Positions 36,647-47,420 of a stretch of DNA of 64,000 nt are shown here, piece after piece. A program made the position numbers and the translations under genes. Below the pieces are notes generated by a model. That model was not told where the DNA came from and did not search any database. It saw nothing but the letters and a program-made list of their open reading frames with translations. Every line of letters begins with the position of its first letter. The stretch's first letter is position 1. The DNA is from Mobula hypostoma (lineage: Eukaryota): NCBI RefSeq assembly GCF_963921235.1, contig NC_086118.1, forward strand, positions 28,274,001 through 28,338,000, written 5' to 3'.

Positions 36647-37624
36647 TGATAGGGAAACTATTGATCACTGTCTGGCTATCAGACTTAACATAGTCATGTA
36701 GGGGAAAAGAGTGGAGGCCTGGGGTTTGTCAGGTTTTAGAAGATGTGTACAGATGACGGAGGTGGTATAGTAAGGCAGAGCATATTTTTGACTGGGAAAG
36801 ATGTTCATCGGGGAGCCAAAGAAGGAAGTCTTAATTGGGGGAGAGGTGGGTGCAAATGTGAGGTATGCTCATGAGGGAACACTTGGAGGAGAACTAAGCT
36901 GGAAGGAGATGGTTGACTCTGATTTCCCAGCTGTAAGTTTGAGGTCCTGTTATACCGCGTTGAAGCAGGCTCCAGCTTTTTAGCTGATGCTTATTTCAGT
37001 CTGCACAGAAGAAATGTTTGCAACTGGAAAGTTGGGAGGGTGGAGAAATACCTGCCACTTGCATGGATGATGTTTCTTCAATAACCAGGAAAAAGAACAT
37101 TCTATCTGCCCTTTACTGTCTGTGGCTGCAGGTTATACTGTACTAACATAGGGATAGACTGCAGTAACTTCCCATTTAGGGAAAGGGTCTCCAAAATCTA
37201 GGATGACTTTCACTTGCAAAGAACAGAATGATTGAGAATGTTCAAGCCACAGGGCTTCTTGGCTTGTAAATATGGGCATTCCATCAATGACAGCACTGCA
37301 GGCATGACGTCGATAAGGTGGCTCATTTTTTCTTGCTTGGGAATGTTAAGGTTTGTGCAGACGTTGCTGATGTTAATGATGGTGGTAGGGTCCCATTAAC
37401 AAAACCATTTATTCATTTCAAGGTAGCTTTGGAATGGTCAGTGGGTCCATTATTAACAACACCCAGCATAATTTCATCTCGCAGTTTTTAAAAAATTCAC
37501 CCAAACCAAAAATGTGTTTTTCTTGTAAAATGTAGCACTTGGTAAATGAGTAAATCTATAGTTTATGATTCTCCTTCCAAGAAGTGACAGCATGGTTGTA
37601 AATATGGTTCTGTAGGGTTCACCA

Positions 37625-38447
37625 TTCACGATACAAAGTTATTTATCATGTGCATATCAAATGCGCAGTTAAATATGTTGTTCGCGTTAACAACCAACAG
37701 ACCTGAGGTTGTGCTGAGGCAGCTCATTAGTCTCATCACATAGACATGGTCTGCTGGCACTGACCTACAATGGTTAGCAGAACAACACAAAACACAACAA
37801 GCAACCAAACAACAACAGCAAAACAAGCCCCATTTCTCCCACCCACCTGCACACATACACAGCCATACAATCCCAAGACAGGCTGTTTTCGGCCTCCAGT
37901 TGACTCTGACTCAGACGCACAGACACTGGGACTTCGAGCTCCCCCAGCTGACTTACAGAGGTTCACAGACCTGGACTCCACCCAACAGGGCTCAACGTTC
38001 AGATTTCTAATTTAACCCTCGGGCATTGATCCTTAGCATTAAAACTGAATGCTAGGCCTCGAACTCGAGACTTGGGGATGACAGGACTCCATACTCTAGG
38101 CCTTAAATTCCGGTCTACCAATTTGTGAACCTGGAGGTCACCAGATCTCATTCCTCCTGCCCCCATAGAACCTGCCAACAACTGACTGACCCTGAGGGCT
38201 GACATCAACCCTCGTTCACACTGGTCTGCTGACCTGACATCTGTCTATGGATGTCCCACATCTGCATCATTGGGCCTTTGAAAACAGAGTAGAGGTCTAT
38301 ACTTTAGCCTGAACTCTAATTCCCCTACATCTCTGACTCTTAAATCCAAGCACCCGTCTGTCACCAAAACCAATCCCACGAATCAAATAGGAATCAATAA
38401 ATTCTGAGCCACAACTTCAACAGAGATTGCAGCTCCACGCCATCTTC
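37625..38447 (-). repeat. Non-coding retroposon starting with AAGATGGCG, with a LINE-type tail
   Basis: cgccatcttc at ~38438-38447; 3' tail resembles that of the V-SINE at 17799-18092. Confidence 0.45.
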
Positions 38448-38449
38448 AA

Positions 38450-39375
38450 AATTCAAAATTGTTTAATATGATTTCTAGTGCACAAGTGTAAAAGAGAACA
38501 AGATAATGTTACTCTGGATCCAATGCAGCACAAAACCTCAGTAAGATAAATAGCACAATTACAGAAGTCACAATAAATGTAAATAGATTATATTTCTGTA
38601 AAGTGACGCTTGGCACAGGAATGTCTGTACATAAGGTGACTGACAGGAAATGATAAAGTAGTGGTGGTGGGGGTGCAGAGGGGTGAATTAATGCGTGGAG
38701 GTGTTGATCAGCCTTGCTGCTCGGGGAAAGTAACGGTATTTGAGTCTGGTTGTTCTGGAATGGATGCTGTGTAACCTCCTCCCTGATGGGAGTGGGACAT
38801 ACAATCCATGAGCCGGGAGGGTGGGGTCCTTCCTTGTATTGCTGGCCATTTTCCAGCACCTCTCTGTATATGTGTCCATGGTGTCAGGTAGACTAGTGCC
38901 GGGAATGCATTGGGCAGTTTTGACTAGCCATTGAAGAGTCTTCCTGTCTGCCATGATGCTGCAAGTTGGGATGCTCCCTACTGCGCGTCTATAGAATGAC
39001 ATGAGTATAGATATGTATAGTCCAGCTCCCTTCAGCCTCCTCGGAATGTAGAGGCATTGGCGAGGTTTCCTGATTCTGTTGGATGACTTCTAGGAGCATG
39101 AGCAGTTGTAGTGGTCCTACGAGTTTGAAACTGCTCGCAGTTTCCCCCCCTGTGCTGCCGATGTAAAGGGGGGTGTGAGTGGTACGAGTTCTCCTGAAGT
39201 CGCTAACCATCCCCATTCTCTTTCTCGCAGTGCACAAGAGGTTATTTGCCTGGATCCAGCGTTCTATCTCTTCCACCTCCTCACTGTAAGCCATCTCATT
39301 GTTGTTGGTGATGAGCCCCCAGCACTGCCAAGTCAGCAGTGAACTTGACAATGTGAAATGGCCTGCTTCTGTCAC
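38450..39375 (-). mobile_element. Rex1 3' fragment
   Basis: GLITNNNEMAYSEEVEE; FYRRAVGSIPTCSI; PLPSGRRLHSIHSRTTRLKYRYFPRAARL; same subfamily as 57390-58470. Confidence 0.88.
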
Positions 39376-40373
39376 TCCATCAGCTGAAATACCAAGGCCA
39401 GGTCGCTATCGCCGTATCTGGTAACCATAGAATCTCTAATCCACTAAGCACTGCTACTAACTCTGCTGCTGGCAGATTAAAATTAACTTTGTCTAAGAAT
39501 TCAGCAGTTCCGTATTCGTGGAGCTTTGGTTGACTGAAATCCCTGACTAGAAACTAGCTGTAGAAGCCATTGCATCTCTACATGCTGCCATTTTATTGAT
39601 ACTTGGGGGAAAGAAAATTATTATTTTATATTGGTAAGTGCAGTCCCAGATGTGAGCATTTGACTTTGGCGCTGTATCATTCTTTTGGAATAAGAATACA
39701 TTTTTGCTGTAAACTCAATTTCCATTGTAAGGAGAGCAGACAGTTTATGACAGACTTTCCTAGTTATTCACACAACCATTGTTCATCTGGGTAATCTTAT
39801 TTTAGTAGATCTGTACCATAACTTTGCTTTTGAGATTGATGGGGAATTTCTGCTAGGGTGAAATTGGCAATCTGTACATAAAATACACTCTATACTTTAG
39901 ATTTGGGTGTTTTAGAACTTAACTCCATATATTGGTCGGATCTGGTTTGGAGCAATGAAGTGTAAAGCACTAGGAGATATTTAAGGGTTGGGTTTTGGTA
40001 AGGTTATCTATTGAAATAAAACACTCCACAGACATGACATAAGTCAAGTGTTTCAAAGAGTCTTAAAGCATCAGCTGTTTTCCTGAGACTCCCTACTGGA
40101 ATATAACGTGCTGACTGATGTTTGAAAATTACAATAAACAAAGTAAGTTCTACTTTTCTGCAACTCCTTTGTCTGCAATTCAGCTGGAAATTTTTGAAGC
40201 TTAAGCCACATGTTAGCTAGGACCCTGCTCATCACAAATAAACAATTGAAATGATTGTCTGGTTCACCACCTGGTACTAATGTCAGTTTGAAATACTTGG
40301 TAATCTTTCCATGTGAATGTTTAGGTTCATTAATTTATAGCAGTAAGATTCTTGTATATTTAAATATATATGA

Positions 40374-41040
40374 GCAACACACACAAAATGCTGGAGGAAC
40401 TCAGCAGGCCAGGCAGCATCGGGGGAAAAGAGTGCAGAGGACATTTCGGGCTGAAGCCCTTCGGCAGGACTGGAGAATAAAAGCTGAGGAGTGGGGCGGG
40501 GAGGGGAGAGAGAACCACAAGGTGATAGGTGAAACCTGGAGGGCAAGGGATGACGTAAAGAGCTGGGAAGTTAATTGGTGAAAGAGACAGAAGGCCATGG
40601 AAAAAACAAAAAGTGGGAGGAGCACCAGACGGAGGCAATGGGCCTGCAAGGAGATAAAGTGACAGAAGGAAAAGGGGATGGCAAATGGTGAAGGGATGGG
40701 GGGCATTACCGGAAGTTTGAGAAATCGATGTTCATGCCATCAGGCTGGAGGCTACCCAAACGAAATATAAGGTGCTGTTCCTCCATCCTAAGTGCGGCTT
40801 TATTATGACAGTGGAGGAGGCCATGGATGGACATATGGGAATGGGAAGTGGAATTAAAATGGGTGGCCACTGGGAGATCCTACTCCTTCTGGCAGATGAA
40901 GCATAGGTGCTCATTGAAGTGGTTTCCCAATCTACATCGAATTTCACCAACATACAGGAGATCACACCAGGAGCACCAGACCCAGTAAATGACCCCAACA
41001 GACTCACAGGTGAAGTGTTGCCTCGCCTGGGAGGACTGTT
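40374..41040 (-). mobile_element. Penelope 3' fragment (GIY-YIG and pLTR)
   Basis: Minus strand gggtcatttactgg...ctcctgtatgttggtgaa (VIY...YVGE); pLTR with agtcCTGCCGA...GAAAtgtc. Confidence 0.85.
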
Positions 41041-41639
41041 TAATTGGAAAAATATATACTTAGTTTGAGACTAACTAGTGATCTCGCACCAAAATGTTTA
41101 GAAAAAGCCTTGTCAAAGGCACATTGATGAGCATATTATGTGCAAACTTGCCTAATGATTTAATCAGTTAGCTTCAGCAGTCAATTTTACAGGTAGACCT
41201 TCCAATGCCACCGGTTCATAAACCAACATGCAATATTTGCCAAAAATCGAATTGACTGAGTGAGAAAAATCAGGTGCAAATCACAGTGTTTGCACTATTC
41301 AAGTAAGTAGTGTGACAATTTTTAAAATCTGGTTCTCAGGTGGTTGGGAGATATTCTGAATATAACGAAAAATTTGAGTGGAAAACATTCAACCAAAAGT
41401 GTTGAATTTAAAGAGCTAACTTGCAGATTATTTGAAAGAAAAAGTAAATTTATTCTGAGATGTTGCAGGTTTAGAGCAATGGTATTAATCAGAATAGATA
41501 TTCCAATAAATATCGTGCCACTAATATTTGGTGTTGGCATAGTGTTGAAAAAGTAACTGCTACCGGCACGCTTCCCAGGCAAAATGTGCCCAAGAGAAGA
41601 TCAATCCACGGCTGATCTGGATAGTACAGAGTCCACAGC

Positions 41640-42020
41640 ACAGATTATACAGCATAAAAACAGGCCCTTGGCCCAACTCGTCCACATTGATACAGTTGCC
41701 AACCTTAGCTAGTCCATGTGCCTGCAATTAGCCCATATCACTCTAAACCTTTTCTCTTCATGTTCCTGTCTAAACTGTCTTTTAAGCATTTTAGTCACAT
41801 CTGCTGCCTTCACTTCCTCTGGCAGTTCATTTCACTATTCCACTGCCTTTTGTGCAGGCAAATTGTCACTCATGTCCCCTTACTATAATTCCCTTCTCGC
41901 CTCAAACCAATGTCCTCTAGAATTAGGTTCTTTTACCCTGGAGGGAAAATCTGTGACCACCCATCTTTTCTATGCCCCTTATGATTTTTGTATCTCTCTA
42001 TAAGGTCACCCCTCAGCCTC
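41640..42020 (-). mobile_element. Old CR1 3' fragment
   Basis: tacagcataaaaacaggcccttggccc tail; ctctggcagttcatt (NELP on minus strand). Confidence 0.7.
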
Positions 42021-42929
42021 TTGTACCTTTCAATTTCTATTGGCAAACCCCAGCACTGAATAACTTGATATCAAATATCTTTACTGGGTTTGGATAAGCT
42101 GGTTGCTTTGTGGTGTGAAAACTGGGTGCTAAAGCATGTGCCTGTTTAGAATTCCTACAAAAGGCTTTCAGAAGTTTTAAGCCATTTTCTGCAGGTGAAA
42201 AAGATATACAGTTGTTTTTCTGGCTTAATTTGCAACCTTATATGCAGATTCTCTGCTGAGATGAGCATAAATATTAATTAAACCATTCACTACCTACTAT
42301 AGATTTTTCCTTGATCAATCATCTCTAAGGCCCTATAGGAAACTCTTAAGTCTTCAAAGTGACTAATTGAGCATTTATCTATATTTTGGGTGTTCTCCTG
42401 TCATTCACATTACACATCATGGAGGATGAGGATCTTGCCTGCCTGATGTAAAACCCTCTGGTTTCCCGCAACTAATGACGAGAATCTTGGTGCTTTAAAA
42501 TTGTAATCCCTTTGGAGCGATTCTGCTGCTGAACACAAGATCTTAATATTCCTTGCTTATTTTTGAGAAAACACCACCAGCTTCATTTATTTATTTTTTA
42601 AGAGCCACGGGTTGGTTATCACACAACTGAGCTGAATAATAACCTGTCAACTGAGTTCAGCAATAATTCCAACCTCATTACTGTCACTTGAAGCTCAAGT
42701 CTCATTCATGGTACATCTCAGCTGGAATATTTTTTGGTTGTCAGATGAATCTACTGGAATCATTTCAATTCAAACACGTTATTCGGTTGGCAATAATGTA
42801 GGCTGTTTGTTAAATATTTATGCTATTTGTAAAACCTTTCAAAGTCCGTTTTTTGCAAAGAAAATTCAATATGGGTACAGTCACCTCTGTACAAATGATA
42901 TATTATCTGAAGCATGGCTGTCAGGCTGG

Positions 42930-43160
42930 TTTCTTTGTTCCTTTCACTGCTTGCCCAAACCTGTGCACGCCTTCCTCCTGTAACTCGTGTGTGATTTAAC
43001 CTTGAACTAATCATGGGACAATTTACAATGATTAACCTACTAACTGGTACGTCTTTGGACTGGAAGGAAACTGAAGGACCCGGAGAAAAGCCACACGTTC
43101 CAAGGGGATGTTGGAACTCCGAAGTCTCAAGCTGTAGTAACGTCGTGCTAACTGCTGCAC
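42930..43160 (-). mobile_element. V-SINE-like element
   Basis: Reverse complement of the V core (gtacgtctttggactggaaggaaactgaaggacccggagaaaagccac) and tRNA-like head. Confidence 0.65.
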
Positions 43161-45718
43161 TGGTTCTCTCGGCCAGGCTCAGGTCGGGATTACACTGGTT
43201 CGTGTTGTTGGCTTTGATCCTACCGATAGAACACAGTTCTTTGTCTTGCATTTCAAAAGAGGACAGATGTGCAGTTTGGGAATGATCTTTAACAAGAAAA
43301 GTAGGATTAATTGCCAGAGGGCCTTGAATTCTATGTAGGGCCCTGCTCATTTAGACTTGGGGCGGGGGTGGGGTTTTGATTCCTTTTTCATCACCAGGAT
43401 TTTGCAATTTGTGATATTCTAATATAGATTAAGCTGGATAGTTTTTACTAAAGGTTTCTAATTTATTTACAGAATATAGGCATTTTTGGCAAGGGCAGCA
43501 TATAACCTACTAATTTAATTTGAGATGCTGATGAACCAGTTTCTTACTCCACCTCAGGCTATGTAGTGAAGCTTCACATATTGGATAATTGTTACAGCAG
43601 TGTTTGGACGCAGTGTTGAAGAAACAGAATGATGATGTGAGCAGTATCTTAGCAGCCATGACCATGCAAATGAAAAGTAATTCAACATTCTGAACCAAAC
43701 CTCAAAGACTTGAGAATTGGGGAGTGAGTCACTTGCTCCAGGATATACAGTTCATAATCTGTAACCTAAAACTAAACATTTACCTAGTTATCTATTTGAT
43801 GAGAGCCCCTAAGAGATGGTGGGACTGCTAGCATTGAAGTACGGATTGAATGCCAAAGTGAGCTGGCTAAACACTGAAATAAAATGAGCATCTTGACCTG
43901 AATACTTCTAACATTTCTTGCTCTTTATCTCATTTTCTAGCATCTGCAGATTTTTAGTTGTTATTTGTTGGTCATATTTTCTCTTGTCTATGATCACTAT
44001 TACTAGGCATTTGTGTGATGTGGTTATTAGCGGTCACTTATTACCTTGTACTGCATAATGGCACAAATTCTTCCAATTCAATTGAACATGTAATTGTCTC
44101 TGCTTACCACAACACAGGGATATCAGGATAGACTCATTTTTACATCAAAATTGAATCATCAGCTGCTCACATTCTCTTCCTGCACATAATCCCTCCACAG
44201 AATCTGTCTTCCACCACTCATTTCCTTCAATCGTTATCACTGACCATCCCTGTCCATTCTCAAGTTGCCACAAAGTTTCCAAGTGATATTTATTTTATAA
44301 GGAGAATCTCTTGATTCCAACTTTTTCTTGTAGCTGTTTCTATTGATTCTACTTGTGGAGCATAGTAGTGGTATTTTTTTAATGAATGTTTATTAAAGTT
44401 CAGTGCTTTATCTCACTGACACTGTCCCTTCCTTTCTCAGCTCACCACCTCCTTTCCCATTGCCCTCCTCCTCTTCCTGTTCCTCCTGAGCTTTACCAGA
44501 GGCCAACAAATTCCATGGATGTCATAAGCCCTTATGACAAATTGCAACCATATTCTATTATGTCTTTTATCTGGATTGAGATATGTCTCTTTCCTCTTGG
44601 ATAATTTGATTTTCCTTAACATTTTCCTTCTGCTTAAGTGGCCAAACTGTAACAAATTGCTTGCTGCTGAATTACTCAGGATGCTGAATCTCCTACCTTT
44701 AGTCCATGGGTCATATTCTTGAGATTTCCTATATGGTTCAAATGTGTTTTTCAAAACAAACAGTTCCGTATTGCTTGTGTTCAAAGATGATGTTCTATCT
44801 TTCTCATAAAATATGATCCATAAGCTACTCTACAACTCAGTCCAGACAGAATATTTAATGATATTCCAATGTATTTCTTTTATATATGAAGACCTTGTAG
44901 TCAAAGATTGTTCCAGAAAAAAACATCTTTTTAAATCAAATTTATTGCACTGTCCCATTCAATAATCTATGATTTATTGAGTAGCAAAAGAGCTATTATT
45001 TTAACTTGATATGAATTAAAATTTATGAATTTCAGAACAATCCATGTGCTATTTAGGAAGTACCACCTGACAACATCTGGCCCAGGCTAAAGGCTATGGT
45101 TACCTCATCAGGTAACTGAAGAGAGCACCCGGTTATGATACATGTGACATCTGATTCACCAGTGACTGGATGGCAACTGAGAAAGGTTGGTGATGCTAAA
45201 AGACAGCTGACCTCCGGAAAAGACTGGCACGGACACACAAGGCTGGTGTGAGGCACTTGCAAAAGGGCACCATACAAGCTATGGGTGCACTAAATACACA
45301 ATACCCCCAGAATCTCCCAAGAGGAGGGGTGAGGATGAGAGATTCAATAGGACAGATATAATGGTAACGACCAGGACTGGAAATACGATAACAAGAAGAC
45401 TCAAGCAAACAACACCAACCGATAAGGCATTCATTGTGAAGTGCCTTTGCGGCAAAATCTGCAAAAACATCAAAGGCCTCGAGATACACCACAGTAGGTC
45501 CAGCTGTGGAACAAAGGCAACTCAAGTGCAACACATGGGCTTAACATCCGGTGAGAGGATGGAGAACTCCAGCAAGGAAGTATCCACAGAGCTGAAGATC
45601 TCTACGCATTTGAGCTACCGCAGAAGCCAAAGAACGGACCAAGTGAGTGCCAGTTCTAACACCCTAATCCATTCATTGAGGAAAGAGGATCAGGTGGCCT
45701 ATATCATCAGACAATGTA

Positions 45719-47420
45719 ACACTTTCAGTACGCTGGATGAACTCAACAGGTCGGGCAGCATCAGTTAGAAATGATGAGTCGACGTTTCAGGCCGGAACCC
45801 TTCGTCAGGACTGAAGAATGAAAGATGGGGAAGGATTTGAAGAATGCTTGTAGCTTCAGTTGAAAGACCAGTAATTTGAAAGACAAAGGGGTGGGGGAGG
45901 GGAAGCATTGACATCATAGCCTGAAAATAATGGGTAGTAGAAGAGGGAGACGGAACCATGAGGGAGCTGGGGGAGGGGGTAGAGTGAAATAGGGATAGAG
46001 GAAGGGGGGGGGGGGGAATTACCGGAAGTTGGAGAATTCTATGTTCATACCAAGGGGCTGGAAACTACCTAGACGGTATATAAGGTGTTGCTCTTCCAGC
46101 CTGAGTTTAGCTTCATCATGGCAGTAGAGGAGGCCATGTATGGACATATCTGAATGGGAATGGGAAGCGGAGTTGAAGTGGGTGGCTACCGGGAGATCCT
46201 GTCTATTGTGGCAGACGGAGTGGAGGTGCTTGACGAAGCAGTCCCCCAATCTGCGTCAGGTTTCACCGATGTAGAGGAGGCCGCACTGGGAGCACCGGAT
46301 GCAATAGATGACCCCAACAGGCTCACGGGTGAAGTGTTGCCTCACCTGGAAGGACTGTTTGGGGCTCTGAATGGTTGCAAGAGATGAGGTGTAAGGACAG
46401 GTGTAGCACTTATGCTTACAGGGATAAGTGCCGGGTGGGAGATCCGTGGGGATGGACGTGTGGATCAGGGAGTCGCGGAGGGACCGATCCCTGTGGAAAG
46501 CGGAGAGGGGTGGAGAGGGAAGATGTGCTTAGTGGTGGGGTCCTGTTGAAGGTGGCGGAAGTTGCGGAGGATAATGTGCTGGATCCGGAGGCTGGTGGGG
46601 CGGTACGTAAGGACAAGGGGACTCTGTCCCTGTTGTGGTTGCGGGAGGATGGGGTGAGGGCAGAAGCGCGGGAAATGGAGGAGATGTGGGTGAGGGCATC
46701 ATTGATGATGGTAGAAGGGAAACCACAATCCTTAAAGAAAGAGGACATTTGAGATGTCCTGGAACGGAAAGCCTCATCCTCGGAGCAGATGAGGCAGAGA
46801 CGGAGGAACTGGGAATAGGGAATGGCATTTTTGCATGTGGTGGGGTGGGAAGAGGTATAGTCGAGGTAGTTATGAGAGTCAGTGGGCTTGCCACAACAGA
46901 CAGGATCTCTCGGTAGCCACCCACTTCAACTCTGCTTCCCATTCCCATTCAGATATGTCCATACATGGCCTCCTCTACTGCCATGATGAGGCTAAACTCA
47001 GGTTGGAGGAGCAACACCTCATATACCGTCTAGGTAGTCTCCAGCCCCTTGGTATGAACATAGAATTCTCCAACTTCCAGTAATTCCCTCCCCCTCCCTT
47101 CCTCTATCCCTATTTCACTCTGCCCCCTCCCTCAGCTCCCTCATGGTTCTGCCTCCTTCTTCTACTACCCATTGTTTTCAGGGATATGACGTCAATGCTT
47201 CCCCTCCCCCACCTCTTTGTCTTTCAAATTACTGGTCTTTCAACTGAAGCTACAAGCATTCTTCAAATCCTTCCCCATCTTTCATTCTTCAGTCCTGATG
47301 AAGGGTTCCGGCCCAAAACGTCAATTCATCGTTTCTAACTGATGCTGCCCGACCTGCTGAGTTCATCCAGCGTACTGAAAGTGTTGCTTTGATCACAGCA
47401 TCTGCAGATTATTTTGTGTT
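45719..47420 (-). mobile_element. Penelope insertion: 5'-truncated body with inverted 3' copy, nested in HERO
   Basis: GIY-YIG VGVIYCIRCSQCGLLYIGET (~46258-46318, -); ~495-bp inverted arms 45719-46213 and 46889-47384; 17-bp TSD TATCATCAGACAATGTA (45702-45718, 47421-47437). Confidence 0.95.
45777..45812 (-). ncRNA. Minimal type I hammerhead ribozyme of the Penelope pLTR (intact core)
   Basis: Minus strand: AGUC CUGACGA AGGGUUCCGGCCU GAAA C GUC^ GACU; stem I AGUC/GACU, stem II AGG/CCU, palindromic ACGU in place of stem III. Confidence 0.8.

Noticed and set aside
36650..37450. Possible old L2/CR1 remnant on the minus strand
   Set aside because: Only faint similarity; boundaries cannot be defined.
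39550..39640. Strong donor TTG|GTAAGT
   Set aside because: No convincing acceptor or start codon with a recognisable peptide upstream.
44437..44784. 115-aa minus-strand ORF
   Set aside because: Probably a very old L1-type C-terminus; no motif strong enough to call it a gene or a defined element.
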